Part shown: positions 26,328-37,399 of the stretch, one piece after another | How positions within the stretch are numbered: position 1 is the stretch's first letter | Layout: every line of letters begins with the position of its first letter | Origin: an uncultured Flavobacterium sp. | GTDB lineage: Bacteria; Bacteroidota; Bacteroidia; Flavobacteriales; Flavobacteriaceae | Reading direction: 5' to 3' | Assembly (NCBI GenBank): GCA_964612955.1 | Contig: CAZTGF010000001.1 | Span: 1-47,840 of the forward strand | Length of the DNA stretch: 47,840 nucleotides | Made by a program: the position numbers and the translations under genes | The notes under the pieces: model-generated | What the model was told of the DNA's origin: nothing | The model's database searches: none | Seen by the model: the letters and a program-made list of their open reading frames with translations, nothing else

Positions 26328-29300
26328 ATGGAACATCCGTTTTTAATTTACGACGCTTCGGCCGGTTCGGGCAAAACCTATACGCTCGTTAAGGAATATC
26401 TCAAAATCGTCTTCGCCTCCAAATCGCCGGACGCTTACCGGAATATTCTGGCCATAACATTTACCAACAAGGCCGTACACGAAATGAAAAGCCGCATCGT
26501 CAACAGTCTCTCCGCTTTTGCAAAAGACCCCGGCGCGGCCGACGAAAACCAGCGGCCATCGACCAAAGACCTCGAGTTCATGGAAGCCATCGGGAGCGAA
26601 ATAGGGCTGAACCAAAATCAAATGCGCCAAAAAGCCCGCGAAATTCTTCGGCACCTGATTCACAATTACGCCGCTTTTGACATTTCAACCATAGACAAAT
26701 TCACGCACAAAGTAATCCGCGCGTTCGCCCGGGATTTGAATCTGCCGCTCACGTTTGAAGTTTCCGTAGAAGACGACGCCTTGTTGCGCGAAGCCGTGGA
26801 CGCACTCGTCGCAAAAGCCGGTGAAGATGCTGAACTTACGCAATTGCTGCTTCAGTATGCTATGGAAAAAGCAGATGACGACAAATCCTGGGAAATTGCG
26901 CGCGATATTTACGAAACCGGCCGGCTCTCGAGAAGCGAAACCGATCGGGCCGAACTTTCCGCGTTTTCGGATTTCTCCATTTCGGACTTTGAAAAGGTTC
27001 GGACCAACTTAAAAGAAGCCACACAGCAAATCGGCGTGCAAATGGCCGAAGCCGCGGGCGAAATTCAGGACATCATCGCCAAAAATGGCATAGACGAAAC
27101 CTCGTTTGGCCACGGCTCCTTCCCTAAGTTTTACAAATCTGTCATCGCTGGTACTTATAAACCGGGCACGCGCGTGTTCGATGCGTACGAAAAGCTGTCT
27201 GTCAAAAAAAACGCCGCAGACGCCTCGCTCATCGAAGCGGTCAGCGATCAGTTGCTTGAATTATCGGCACGCATTTACGAACTTTACGCAAGGCGGTGCC
27301 TGTACCGGGATGTACTCAAAACCATTGTGCCGCTTTCACTGCTGAACACGCTTTCGGGCACGCTGAACGATTTGCAACGCGAGAAAAACATTTTGCCCAT
27401 TTCAGATTTCAACGCGCTTATTCACAAAGAACTTCAGGAACAACCGGCGCCATTCGTCTACGAACGTTTAGGCGAACGTTACCGTCACTTTTTCATAGAT
27501 GAATTTCAGGATACCTCTCAAATGCAGTGGGAAAATCTGATTCCGTTGATTCACGATTCTCTGTCCGGGTCCGATGCGGCAGGCAGGGCGGGAAGCTTGC
27601 TTTTGGTCGGAGATCCAAAACAGTCGATTTACCGTTGGCGCGGCGGAAAGGCGGAACAATTTATCGAACTGGCCGGGGACCACAATCCTTTTGGAAACAT
27701 AAAAAAGGAACCCAGACGCCTCGAAGTTAATTATCGCAGTTACGACGCTGTCATCGAATTTAATAACCGGTTTTTCAAATTTGCCTCCACGCGGTTTGAA
27801 AATCCTGAATACCGGCGGTTGTACCAAGAGCTTTCGCACCAGGAATGCAACGATAAAAAAGGAGGTTTTGTCCAGATTAATTTCGTTGAAAAAGCCAACC
27901 CTGCCGAAGCCGGGGACGAAGAGGAGGAAACGGATAACCCGGCGAATCTCAGTCGTATGCTGGAATTGGTGTCAGAGCTGCGAAACCGCGGATTTGCGTA
28001 CAGCGAAATGGCGATACTCGTGCGCAAAGTAGCTCAGGGAACGGCGGCTGCCAAATGCTTGTCCGAACGCGGGATTCCTATTCTCTCATCGGAAATTCTG
28101 ATGCTTTCCAACGCCGAAGACGTGAAGTTCATGCTTTCGGTAATGCGGTATCTGCACAACGAAGCCGACGTGGTTTCAAAGGCGATGGCGCTGCAGTTTA
28201 TCGGTGCGCATTTGCAGAACGAACTTCCCGTGGCAGATTTTATAGCGGCGGGAATGGCGATTTCCAAAGATCGGGATTTTAGCGAATGGCTTTCGGCTCA
28301 GGGTGTAGGGCTGGATTTCAAAAGGTTGCGCATGCGCGGTTTGTTCGAAGTGGCCGAGTATATTTCCAAACATCTGCCTCAGCGACAATCGGCCTACGTA
28401 CAGTATTTTCTGGATCTGGCGCTTGAGCGCGAACAACGCTATCAGAGCAGCCTTGGCGATTTTCTCGACTACTGGAATATATCGGGCGAAAAGCTCAGCA
28501 TTCCACTTCCGGAATCCGAAGATGCGATTCGGATTATGACGATCCACAAATCAAAAGGGCTCGAGTTCCCCGTGGTTATCATGCCGTTCGCAGACGATGA
28601 TTACGGCAGGGTCGTCCGCGGCACCAAAATATGGATCGACAACCCCGATGATCAGACGCTCGGGCTTCCCAAAATGTTGCTCAACCAGAACGCTCAGATA
28701 AAAACTTACGGCGATCGCGCTTGCGAAGTATATTCTCAAAAAGAGCAGGAGCGGCTGCTAGACAACATCAATATTTTGTACGTTGCCCTAACGCGCGCCA
28801 AGGAGCAACTCTATACGATTTCGACGTTAAAGCTTAAAAAGGACGGCACGCCTTTAGGGAACACGACGGCTTCACTGCTCGTAGACTTTCTGACGCATAC
28901 AGCAGAATACGCGGCTTCAAAGTCGGTTTATTCGTTTGGGAATCCGGTTAAGGTTTCGGCGCCGGTCTCGTTTGGGTCGGCTGTGGAAGCGATCCGCGCG
29001 GTAGATTCACCCATGCCGTTTTCCCGTATTAAAATTGCCCGAAGAGAAGCGCTCATGTGGGGAACCGCCCAAAGCGAGGCCGTGGAACTTGGAAACCTGC
29101 TTCACGAAATACTGTCAACTGTAACGAGCGTATCCACAATAAATGACGCTTTGGATTCGGCTTTGGATTCGGGGATTATCAACGTTGCACAACGCGAAGT
29201 GTTTTACAATCTGATCTCCGAAATCATTGGGCATCCAGCCATCGCACAGTGTTTTGACGATTCTATGCAGGTATTGAACGAACAGGTAATCATTCGTCCT

Positions 29301-29504
29301 GAAGCATCGGTCTTAAAGCCAGACCGGATTGTGATAGACGTTGAAGGAAATGTTCGTCTTATCGATTATAAAACGGGCGCGCCAAAGTCTGAACATCGGC
29401 AACAAATTGAATCGTATGCGCAGGCGCTCTCGCAAATGGGATACAACGTTGTCGAAAAAGCACTCGTCTATACGCGCCCGGAGCTAAATGTGGTACATTT
29501 GTAA
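26328..29504 (+). CDS. UvrD-family helicase with C-terminal PD-(D/E)xK nuclease (AddA-like)
   Basis: [50 protein letters not shown] and YVALTRA, then PDRIV..LIDYKTG..QIESY. Confidence 0.93.
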   Translation: MEHPFLIYDASAGSGKTYTLVKEYLKIVFASKSPDAYRNILAITFTNKAVHEMKSRIVNSLSAFAKDPGAADENQRPSTKDLEFMEAIGSEIGLNQNQMRQKAREILRHLIHNYAAFDISTIDKFTHKVIRAFARDLNLPLTFEVSVEDDALLREAVDALVAKAGEDAELTQLLLQYAMEKADDDKSWEIARDIYETGRLSRSETDRAELSAFSDFSISDFEKVRTNLKEATQQIGVQMAEAAGEIQDIIAKNGIDETSFGHGSFPKFYKSVIAGTYKPGTRVFDAYEKLSVKKNAADASLIEAVSDQLLELSARIYELYARRCLYRDVLKTIVPLSLLNTLSGTLNDLQREKNILPISDFNALIHKELQEQPAPFVYERLGERYRHFFIDEFQDTSQMQWENLIPLIHDSLSGSDAAGRAGSLLLVGDPKQSIYRWRGGKAEQFIELAGDHNPFGNIKKEPRRLEVNYRSYDAVIEFNNRFFKFASTRFENPEYRRLYQELSHQECNDKKGGFVQINFVEKANPAEAGDEEEETDNPANLSRMLELVSELRNRGFAYSEMAILVRKVAQGTAAAKCLSERGIPILSSEILMLSNAEDVKFMLSVMRYLHNEADVVSKAMALQFIGAHLQNELPVADFIAAGMAISKDRDFSEWLSAQGVGLDFKRLRMRGLFEVAEYISKHLPQRQSAYVQYFLDLALEREQRYQSSLGDFLDYWNISGEKLSIPLPESEDAIRIMTIHKSKGLEFPVVIMPFADDDYGRVVRGTKIWIDNPDDQTLGLPKMLLNQNAQIKTYGDRACEVYSQKEQERLLDNINILYVALTRAKEQLYTISTLKLKKDGTPLGNTTASLLVDFLTHTAEYAASKSVYSFGNPVKVSAPVSFGSAVEAIRAVDSPMPFSRIKIARREALMWGTAQSEAVELGNLLHEILSTVTSVSTINDALDSALDSGIINVAQREVFYNLISEIIGHPAIAQCFDDSMQVLNEQVIIRPEASVLKPDRIVIDVEGNVRLIDYKTGAPKSEHRQQIESYAQALSQMGYNVVEKALVYTRPELNVVHL

Positions 29505-29529
29505 CCGGAAACAACAAAATACTTTTGAT

Positions 29530-30723
29530 ATGTACGGAAAAATACAGCAACACCTGCAGCAAGAGCTCACCGCCATTGAGCAGGCAGGATTGTTTAAAAA
29601 GGAACGCATCATTACTTCGCCTCAGGGAGCGGAAATTACGATAAATACGGGGCAGACGGTTTTGAATTTCTGCGCTAACAACTACCTGGGTCTTTCGTCC
29701 CATCCCGAAGTAATTCAGGCGGCCAAAGATGCGCTCGATTCTCACGGTTTCGGCATGTCGTCGGTGCGATTCATTTGTGGCACCCAGGACATTCATAAAA
29801 AACTAGAGCAGGAGATAGCCGATTTTTATGGCACCGAGGACACAATTCTGTACGCTGCGGCGTTCGATGCCAATGGAGGCGTTTTTGAGCCGCTTCTGAA
29901 CGAACAGGATGCGATTATTTCGGACAGTCTGAACCACGCTTCGATTATCGATGGCGTAAGATTGTGCAAGGCCATGCGCTACCGCTACCAAAATAACGAC
30001 ATGGCTGATCTGGAAAAACAGCTGATTGCTGCAAACGAAGCCGGCGCGCGTTTTAAACTCATCGTAACCGACGGCGTTTTTTCAATGGACGGTCTTGTAG
30101 CACCTTTGGATGAAATTTGTGACCTGGCCGATAAGTACGACGCACTCGTCATGATCGACGAATGCCACGCCGCGGGATTTATCGGCAAAACAGGAAAGGG
30201 CACGCCCGAAGCAAAAGGCGTAATGGGTCATGTGGATATTATTACCGGAACGCTAGGCAAAGCGCTGGGCGGAGCCATGGGCGGTTATACGACGGGGAAG
30301 AAAGAAATCATAGAAATGTTGCGGCAGCGTTCGCGCCCGTATCTGTTCTCGAATTCGCTTGCACCGGCTATTGTAGGCGCCTCGATTAAGGTATTTGAGC
30401 TTCTTAAAACTAATACCGATCTGCGCGACAAGCTCGAATGGAATACCGAGTATTTTAAAGCGGGGATGAAGGCTGCCGGTTTTGATATTATCGAAGGAGA
30501 TTCTGCGATAGTACCCGTAATGCTTTACGATGCCAAACTTGCTCAAACCATGGCCGATGCGCTGTTAGAGGAAGGAATTTACGTTATCGGATTCTTCTTT
30601 CCGGTGGTACCTAAGGACAAAGCGCGGATTCGCGTGCAATTGTCGGCGGCTCACACCAAAGAACATTTGGATAGCGCCATTGCGGCTTTTACGAAGGTCG
30701 GAAAGTCGCTAAAGGTCATATAA
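29530..30723 (+). CDS. kbl: Glycine C-acetyltransferase (2-amino-3-ketobutyrate CoA ligase)
   Basis: [33 protein letters not shown] and [10 protein letters not shown] (PLP Lys). TACATTTG -7 element at 29494-29501, inside the end of the upstream gene. Confidence 0.96.
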   Translation: MYGKIQQHLQQELTAIEQAGLFKKERIITSPQGAEITINTGQTVLNFCANNYLGLSSHPEVIQAAKDALDSHGFGMSSVRFICGTQDIHKKLEQEIADFYGTEDTILYAAAFDANGGVFEPLLNEQDAIISDSLNHASIIDGVRLCKAMRYRYQNNDMADLEKQLIAANEAGARFKLIVTDGVFSMDGLVAPLDEICDLADKYDALVMIDECHAAGFIGKTGKGTPEAKGVMGHVDIITGTLGKALGGAMGGYTTGKKEIIEMLRQRSRPYLFSNSLAPAIVGASIKVFELLKTNTDLRDKLEWNTEYFKAGMKAAGFDIIEGDSAIVPVMLYDAKLAQTMADALLEEGIYVIGFFFPVVPKDKARIRVQLSAAHTKEHLDSAIAAFTKVGKSLKVI

Positions 30724-30771
30724 CACGGTGCTTGCACGTCTTAACAATATGTTATTTTTTTAACATTTCAC

Positions 30772-30802
30772 TTTGCGAATCGAAAGATGTACATTACATT
30801 TG
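30772..30802 (+). promoter_or_regulatory. Consensus sigma70 promoter of ompA
   Basis: TTTG (30772-30775), a 19-nt spacer, then TACATTTG (30795-30802). Confidence 0.75.
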
Positions 30803-30838
30803 TCTTAATAACTTTTGTAACTAAAAATGAAATCTAGT

Positions 30839-32248
30839 ATGAAAAATTTTAACAAAGTTTTTGCCGCTGCGGTAATGCTTTTCGGCGTGAGCGCCCATGC
30901 TCAGGACGAAAACAACCCGTGGGCAGTGACCATTGGAGCGAACGCTGTGGACACGCGTTTTAGCGCCGCCTCTCCTGTAGAGGACCAGTTCTCGGAGTTT
31001 TTTAACGCGAAAGACAATTGGAATATCCTTCCTTCTGTTTCGTTTTTGAATGTGTCTCGTTACGTTGGAAGCGGCTTTGTCGTGGGTGTAACGGGTTCTA
31101 TTAACAAAATCGACAAGTTCGTAAATCCTCGTGTTGCGGGAGTTAACGAAGGAGATTATTCGGTAACAAACCCGGGTGATTTAAGCTACTACGGACTCGA
31201 TGCTGACATCAAGTACAGTTTTATGGAAATGCTTAAGTCAAAATGGCTTGATCCTTCTGTTCACGTGGGCGGGGGCTATACGTGGTTTGGTGAAGACAAT
31301 GGCGCAGGAACCGTAAACGGAGGTCTTGGTTTGACATTCTGGTTTTCTGAGCAAGTAGGTCTTTCGTTTAAATCGACATATAAGCATTCTTTCGAGGATG
31401 ACAGAACAGTTTTCCCATCGCACGTACAGCACTTCGCCGGTCTTACTTTCAAATTTGGAGGTAAAGATACAGACGGCGACGGAATCTACGACAAAGACGA
31501 TGCATGTCCGGAAGTTGCCGGTTTGCCGCAGTTTCAGGGATGTCCTGATTCAGATGGTGACGGAATCGAAGACAGAGAAGATGCTTGTCCTAACGAATTC
31601 GGATTGGCTGAATTCCAGGGATGTCCTGACACAGACGGCGACGGTGTGCCAGATAAAGACGATGCTTGTCCGGATGTTGCTGGTTTGAAAGCATTGGGTG
31701 GATGTCCTGACGCAGACGGCGACGGTATTGCTGATAAAGACGATCAGTGCCCGGATGTTGCAGGTCCTAAAGAAAACAACGGTTGCCCATGGCCCGATAC
31801 AGACGGAGACGGTGTTCTTGACAAAGATGACAGATGTCCGGACGTTAAAGGTACTGCTGCAAACTTCGGTTGTCCTGAAATCAGCGATGAGCAAATCAAG
31901 AAACTGAACGAGTACGCTAAAACAATCCTGTTCAACAGTGGTAAAGCTACTTTCAGAGAGCAAACTTACCCAGTATTGCAAAGCATCGCTTCAATCCTTA
32001 AAGAATACCCAGGGTCGCGTTTCGTAATCGAAGGTCACACAGACAGCGATGGAAGCAACGCATTGAACCAAGCCCTTTCAGAAAACAGAGCTGCTGCGGT
32101 AGTAGGTTATCTGATTGAGAATGGAATCGACAAATCTCGTCTGGAGTCAGTTGGTTTCGGCGAAACTAAGCCAATTGCTTCCAACAAGACAGCTAAAGGA
32201 AAAGCGGCTAACAGACGTGTTGAGGTTAAACTCATCAAAGAAGACTAA
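30839..32248 (+). CDS. ompA: OmpA-family outer membrane protein with thrombospondin type-3 repeats
   Basis: Signal peptide (AHA-QD), beta-barrel N-terminus, five DxDGDG..D..D.CP repeats, then [23 protein letters not shown]. Alternative start at 30827. Confidence 0.93.
   Translation: MKNFNKVFAAAVMLFGVSAHAQDENNPWAVTIGANAVDTRFSAASPVEDQFSEFFNAKDNWNILPSVSFLNVSRYVGSGFVVGVTGSINKIDKFVNPRVAGVNEGDYSVTNPGDLSYYGLDADIKYSFMEMLKSKWLDPSVHVGGGYTWFGEDNGAGTVNGGLGLTFWFSEQVGLSFKSTYKHSFEDDRTVFPSHVQHFAGLTFKFGGKDTDGDGIYDKDDACPEVAGLPQFQGCPDSDGDGIEDREDACPNEFGLAEFQGCPDTDGDGVPDKDDACPDVAGLKALGGCPDADGDGIADKDDQCPDVAGPKENNGCPWPDTDGDGVLDKDDRCPDVKGTAANFGCPEISDEQIKKLNEYAKTILFNSGKATFREQTYPVLQSIASILKEYPGSRFVIEGHTDSDGSNALNQALSENRAAAVVGYLIENGIDKSRLESVGFGETKPIASNKTAKGKAANRRVEVKLIKED
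31466..31876 (+). repeat. Five coding TSP3-like Ca-binding repeats (about 81-87 bp unit)
   Basis: [60 protein letters not shown] and [15 protein letters not shown]. Confidence 0.9.
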
Positions 32249-32272
32249 ACCTCTTTTTTTAATACTTCTAAG

Positions 32273-32300
32273 AACGCCTCGTTATTCGGGGCGTTTTTTT
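32273..32300 (+). terminator. Intrinsic terminator after ompA
   Basis: AACGCCTCG-TTATT-CGGGGCGTT followed by a T run. Confidence 0.8.
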
Positions 32301-32311
32301 ATTTTTATCAA

Positions 32312-35080
32312 ATGACTCAACAAACGTTTTTATCCGGGCTCGCAGCGCAACTCATCGCATCGGGCACTGAATCATTTAGCCGGACTACTGTTATTCTTCC
32401 TAACAAAAGAGCGAGGGTTTTTTTAATCGATGCGTTGCGGAGCCAGTTAGCCGAGAATGTCTTTGCCCCACGAATCATCAGCATAGAAGAGTTCACGAAG
32501 CAAATTTCGGGACTGCGGGTTATAGAGCCGGTTCCGTTGCTGTTTTCTTTCTACGACGTTTATCTCGAATGTACACCAGAAGAAAAGCGCCAGGATTTTG
32601 AGGCGTTTGGTGGTTGGGCGAAAACGCTGTTGCAGGATTTTAACGAAATGGACCGATATTTACTCGCTCCGGAAACGGTTTTCAACTATTTGCAGGCCAT
32701 CAGCGACATCGAACATTGGGCCGTCGATGCTACCAAACAAACTCCGTTGATTTCGCGTTACCTTGAGTTTTGGAACCAGTTACCTGCATATTACGACGGA
32801 TTATACAATCGTCTGAAACAACAAGGCGTCGGCTATCAGGGAATGATTTACCGGGAAGCCGTTGCGAATCTCGATCATTTTTCTCAGGCTTCTGACGGAC
32901 AGCGTTTTGTGTTTGCCGGTTTTAATGCTTTGAATCAGGCCGAGGAAACTATTATACAGCACCTTTTGGCCACGGGCGATGCTGAGGTTTATTGGGATAT
33001 CGACAAAGTTTTTCTCGACGATGACCAGCACGATGCCGGACTGTTCATTCGCCGGTTCCGCGATCATTGGCCCTACTACCGCTCCCGTGAACTCAAGTGG
33101 ATTCAATCCGGCTTTTCTGATTTAAAGAACATTCAGATCATCGGTACGCCTAAAGCCGTCGGACAGGCAAAAATTGCATCTAAACTTGTGGAACACCACG
33201 CGCGCAATGACGCTTCGCTGAGACGTACGGCGGTCGTGTTGGGTCAGGAAGGCTTGCTATTGCCACTCTTGCACAGTTTGCCCGCAGAAATCGACGCGCT
33301 TAATATTACGATGGGATATTCGGCGAAAAACAATCCGGTACAGCTGCTCATTTCAAAGCTTTTTCGATTGCATACTGCCGCGCTCGCCCGAAGTCCGCAA
33401 CAATACGTCATTTATTACAAAGACCTGCTCGATGTACTTTCACATCCGCTTGTCGCACCCTTTGCTGAAGCCCATTCGTTGATCTCGGTCATAAAAAGCA
33501 ACAACTACACGTTTATTCCGCACGAGCACATGATGAATCAGGCCGCAGAAGCCAATGCGTTTTTCCACCTTTTACTTGACAAGTGGCCTGCAGACCAGCC
33601 GATCGAGGTGCTTCAGCGACTTTCAGACGTGTTGCTGACTATCAAAACCCAAACCGGCACGCAGGATAACGAAGCCCAATTGACGCGCACTTTTTTGTTC
33701 GCCATTCACAAAGTAATAAACCAACTGATTTCCTACTATGAGACGCACACCGCGGCAAACTCACTGACCACGCTCTTTTCAATATACAAGCAGTTGCTCG
33801 ATATGGCCGAGGTTTCATTCGAAGGCGAACCGCTGGAGGGGTTGCAGATCATGGGCGTGCTGGAAAGCCGTGTGCTCGATTTCGAAACTGTGATTGTCAC
33901 CTCGCTGAACGAAGGAACGTTCCCGGCCGGAAAATCACAACAGTCTTTTATTCCGTACGATGTAAAGCGGGAACTTGGACTGCCGACGTACAAGGAAAAG
34001 GACGCCATTTATACTTATCATTTTTATCATTTGCTGCAACGCGCACGCAATGTTTACTTGATTTACAACACCCAGAGCGACGGGTTCGACGCCGGGGAAC
34101 GCAGCCGTTTTATCACCCAGCTCGAAGTAGCGCCACACAGCAGCCACAACATCACTTTTCTCGAAATGGCGCCCGACTTGCCGCTAAAGCCATCGGTGCC
34201 GATTCGCATCGAGAAAACACCATCGGTCATGACTAAACTCAAAGCATTTGGGGAGCGCGGCATTTCCCCATCGGCCATTGGAACGTACCTCAGAAATCCT
34301 GTGGAATTTTACCTCAAATACGTTTTATATGTGCGGGAGGACGAAACCGTTGAAGAAAGTATCGCCGCAAATACACTCGGGACGATCATTCACGCGACCC
34401 TCGAAAATCTCTATACTCCGTATTTAAAACACGAAATCACGGTCAAAGATCTTAATCAATGTCTTATGGCAGCCGATGAAGAGGTTAAAAAACAGTTTAA
34501 AGCCGTGTACCGCGAAGGCGAGATCTCAAAAGGCCGCAACCTGATCGCATTTGAAATTGCAAAACGCCACGTACATAATTTTCTTCGTCTCGAAATTTCG
34601 CGGATCGAGCAGGGAGAGACAATTTATATCGAAGCGCTTGAAACCTCATTAGAACGCTCGTTTGAACATCCACTGCTGCAATTTCCCGTAAATCTTAAAG
34701 GAAATGTAGACCGCATTGAACGCATTTTCCAGTCCGATGGAACCACGCGCATGCGCATCGTCGACTATAAAACCGGAAGGGTAGAGGCCCGGAATCTCGT
34801 GCTTAAAACCTGGGAAGGATTCTGTACCGATGTAAGTCAGGAAAAGTTGATTCAGGTGCTCATGTACGCGTTTTTAATGGAAGGCGACCTTCGCGGACAG
34901 GAGTTCGAGGCGGGCATTATATCGTTCAAAAACCTGCGCAGCGGATTCCTTCCGTTTTGCCTGAACACGGGCAATGTTCAAAGACATATCGACGCAGCGG
35001 TTTTTGCAAAATTTCAGGACGCGCTTGCCGGATTGTTAACGCAGATTTTCGATCCCGAAACCCCGTTTGTGGAAAGTTAA
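32312..35080 (+). CDS. PD-(D/E)xK nuclease with degenerate helicase scaffold (AddB-like)
   Basis: VILPNKRA, GFNAL, QIMGVLESRVLDF, SPSAI.TYLRNP, GTIIH and KGNVDRIE..IVDYKTG..QVLMY. Confidence 0.87.
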   Translation: MTQQTFLSGLAAQLIASGTESFSRTTVILPNKRARVFLIDALRSQLAENVFAPRIISIEEFTKQISGLRVIEPVPLLFSFYDVYLECTPEEKRQDFEAFGGWAKTLLQDFNEMDRYLLAPETVFNYLQAISDIEHWAVDATKQTPLISRYLEFWNQLPAYYDGLYNRLKQQGVGYQGMIYREAVANLDHFSQASDGQRFVFAGFNALNQAEETIIQHLLATGDAEVYWDIDKVFLDDDQHDAGLFIRRFRDHWPYYRSRELKWIQSGFSDLKNIQIIGTPKAVGQAKIASKLVEHHARNDASLRRTAVVLGQEGLLLPLLHSLPAEIDALNITMGYSAKNNPVQLLISKLFRLHTAALARSPQQYVIYYKDLLDVLSHPLVAPFAEAHSLISVIKSNNYTFIPHEHMMNQAAEANAFFHLLLDKWPADQPIEVLQRLSDVLLTIKTQTGTQDNEAQLTRTFLFAIHKVINQLISYYETHTAANSLTTLFSIYKQLLDMAEVSFEGEPLEGLQIMGVLESRVLDFETVIVTSLNEGTFPAGKSQQSFIPYDVKRELGLPTYKEKDAIYTYHFYHLLQRARNVYLIYNTQSDGFDAGERSRFITQLEVAPHSSHNITFLEMAPDLPLKPSVPIRIEKTPSVMTKLKAFGERGISPSAIGTYLRNPVEFYLKYVLYVREDETVEESIAANTLGTIIHATLENLYTPYLKHEITVKDLNQCLMAADEEVKKQFKAVYREGEISKGRNLIAFEIAKRHVHNFLRLEISRIEQGETIYIEALETSLERSFEHPLLQFPVNLKGNVDRIERIFQSDGTTRMRIVDYKTGRVEARNLVLKTWEGFCTDVSQEKLIQVLMYAFLMEGDLRGQEFEAGIISFKNLRSGFLPFCLNTGNVQRHIDAAVFAKFQDALAGLLTQIFDPETPFVES

Positions 35081-35856
35081 ACGCTTTTTATAAACTTTTG
35101 TATAAACGCCAGCAATTCTTCGCGATTTTCTACGGGCGACATATGTCCGTGCGGGAAAATTACGGTTTGAACGCGAGTATCTTCGGCTTGGGTAATGGCT
35201 TCGTCAAACGGCAGGACGGGATCTTTTTCGCCAAGGACAAGCGCGATCGGGTACGGTCCGAAGTGAAGTAATACTTCGCGGTCCTTGCGGATTTTCATTC
35301 CTTCGAGCGCAGCCACAATTCCCTGAACCGGCATTTGAATGGCCTGGCGGCGGATCGATTCGATTTCTGATGCAAACTTCTCGCGGTTTTCCTCGCTGAA
35401 TAAATTGGCAATCGAGAGTCGGACAAACGCGTTCCTGTCGTTTTTTACGGCGCGGATGGCGCGGTCGCGGTTTTCCTTTTTTTCGTCCGAATCGGCACGC
35501 GCGGTACTGTTTACGAGAATAATTCCCTTGATTTTTTCGGGATAATGTTCGGCAAACGCGAGCGACACATAACCGCCCATTGAATGGCCGATGAAAACCG
35601 CTTTTCGGATTTTAAGCGCTTCGAGCACGGCATGAACGACATCGGCCGCATCTTCCATCGACATCACATATCCCACAGGATCGGTTTGTCCATGGCCAGG
35701 AAAATCAACGGCGATCGTACGGTATCGGCCCGAAAGTGCTTCGGTATAAGGTTCCCACATCGACCGGTTTTCCAAAAATCCGTGCAAGAAAACAACCGCC
35801 GTTCCTTTGCCGCGGTCGGTGTAAGCTATTTCGGTATTTCGGTATAAAATGCGCAT
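35077..35856 (-). CDS. Alpha/beta fold hydrolase
   Basis: FLHGFLE, DFPGHG, GHSMGG nucleophile elbow, GEKD and GHMS. Confidence 0.92.
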   Translation of the reverse strand: MRILYRNTEIAYTDRGKGTAVVFLHGFLENRSMWEPYTEALSGRYRTIAVDFPGHGQTDPVGYVMSMEDAADVVHAVLEALKIRKAVFIGHSMGGYVSLAFAEHYPEKIKGIILVNSTARADSDEKKENRDRAIRAVKNDRNAFVRLSIANLFSEENREKFASEIESIRRQAIQMPVQGIVAALEGMKIRKDREVLLHFGPYPIALVLGEKDPVLPFDEAITQAEDTRVQTVIFPHGHMSPVENREELLAFIQKFIKSV

Positions 35857-35874
35857 CACAAAAACAAACTGCTG

Positions 35875-37167
35875 TTAAGCGTTCATCAGCGTTTCGATTT
35901 CGTCGATTTCGATTGGAATGTTGCGCATCAGATTGAGCGGTTCCCCCTGGGCCTGAACGACAACGTTATCCTCGATTCTAATGCCGAAACCTTCTTCGCG
36001 AATGTAAATGCCGGGTTCTACGGTAAACACCATATTGGCTTTCATCGGTTCGTGAAGCAATCCGTAATCGTGGGTGTCAAGCCCCAAATGGTGCGATGTT
36101 CCGTGCATGAAATACTTTTTGTACGCCGGCCAGTCTTTGTTTTCGTTTTGTACATCGGCCTTATCGAGCAACCCGAGTCCGAGCAGCTCCGAAGTCATGA
36201 TTTTCCCAACCTCTACGTGATATTGTTTCCACAGTGTCCCGGGCGTAAGCATTTTCGTGGCTTCATTTTTAACGCGCAGTACGGCGTTGTAAACCTCTGC
36301 CTGTCGTTTCGTATATCGGCCCGAAACCGGAATTGTACGGCTTAAGTCACTTGAATAATTCGCATATTCGGCGGCCACGTCGAGCAGCAGCAGGTCGCCT
36401 TCGTTGCAGCGTTTGTTGTTCTCGATATAGTGAAGCACATTCGCACTCGCGCCTGAGGCAATAATTGGCGTGTAAGCAAAGCCTTTGGAGCGGTTTCGTA
36501 CAAATTCGTGCAGGAGTTCCGCCTCAATTTCGTATTCCATGACGCCGGGTTTGACAAAGCCCAGCAATCGACGGAATCCCTTTTCGGTAATGTCGCAGGC
36601 GCGCTGCATCAGTTCCAGTTCTTCTGCCTCTTTTACAGAGCGCAATCGCTGCAAAATAGGATTGCTTTTGGCCACGTTATGCGCAGGATACTTGTTTTTC
36701 CACCACGCAATAAATCGGTCTTCGCGGGTTTGGGTTTCGACTGAGGAACGGTAATGTTCGTTTGTGTTGATATACATCGTATCGGCGTAAGTCATCACTT
36801 CGAACAGAATTTTTTCGAAATCCTGAAGCCAGTGCACGCTTTTGATGCCCGATACTCCGAAGGCCTGTTGTTTATCGAGTTTAGCACCGTGCCAGATGGC
36901 GATGTGTTCGCTGGTCTCGGTTACGAAGAGCATCTCGCGCAAATGTTCGTAAGGCGCGTCTGGAAACAGCACCAAAATGGTCTCTTCCTGATCGATGCCG
37001 GACAAATAAAAGATGTCGCGGTGTTGTGCAAAGGGCAGCGTACTGTCGGCACTTACGGGATAAATGTCATTTGAGTTAAAAACGGCCACACTGTTTGGCT
37101 TCATTTCGGCGGTGAACTTAGCGCGGTTCTTTATAAAAAGTTCGCGGTCGATCGCTTCGTATTTCAT
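35875..37167 (-). CDS. pepP: Xaa-Pro aminopeptidase (M24B)
   Basis: LLLDVAAEYANYSSDLSRT, HGTSHHLGLDTHD, FTVEPGIY and GIRIED. TAGTTTTG -7 element at 37184-37191 (minus). Confidence 0.92.
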   Translation of the reverse strand: MKYEAIDRELFIKNRAKFTAEMKPNSVAVFNSNDIYPVSADSTLPFAQHRDIFYLSGIDQEETILVLFPDAPYEHLREMLFVTETSEHIAIWHGAKLDKQQAFGVSGIKSVHWLQDFEKILFEVMTYADTMYINTNEHYRSSVETQTREDRFIAWWKNKYPAHNVAKSNPILQRLRSVKEAEELELMQRACDITEKGFRRLLGFVKPGVMEYEIEAELLHEFVRNRSKGFAYTPIIASGASANVLHYIENNKRCNEGDLLLLDVAAEYANYSSDLSRTIPVSGRYTKRQAEVYNAVLRVKNEATKMLTPGTLWKQYHVEVGKIMTSELLGLGLLDKADVQNENKDWPAYKKYFMHGTSHHLGLDTHDYGLLHEPMKANMVFTVEPGIYIREEGFGIRIEDNVVVQAQGEPLNLMRNIPIEIDEIETLMNA

Positions 37168-37337
37168 GATAAACAAGTTTGTACAAAACTAATCAAAACC
37201 AATTTAACCCCGCGCTTTGATGGCCAGGATTAGGAATTTGCTCCGGGCCTTTATGTTTTAATGTACTAATGTTAAGTTTCTCAGTATTTTGGCGAATGAG
37301 CGTCCATTTAAACTGATTATAAATAAACGTTCCCGCA

Positions 37338-37368
37338 TTGTTGTATTTGTTATTAAGCCTTAAATTTG
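37338..37368 (+). promoter_or_regulatory. Promoter of sdhCAB
   Basis: TTG, a 20-nt spacer, then TAAATTTG (37361-37368). Confidence 0.6.
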
Positions 37369-37399
37369 TAATATTTTTTAATAAACTACTCAAAATCCT

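Noticed and set aside
31466-31876. Periodic repeats considered as a CRISPR array or VNTR
   Set aside because: They are in-frame, degenerate TSP3 protein repeats of OmpA. There are no identical repeats with unique spacers and no cas genes.
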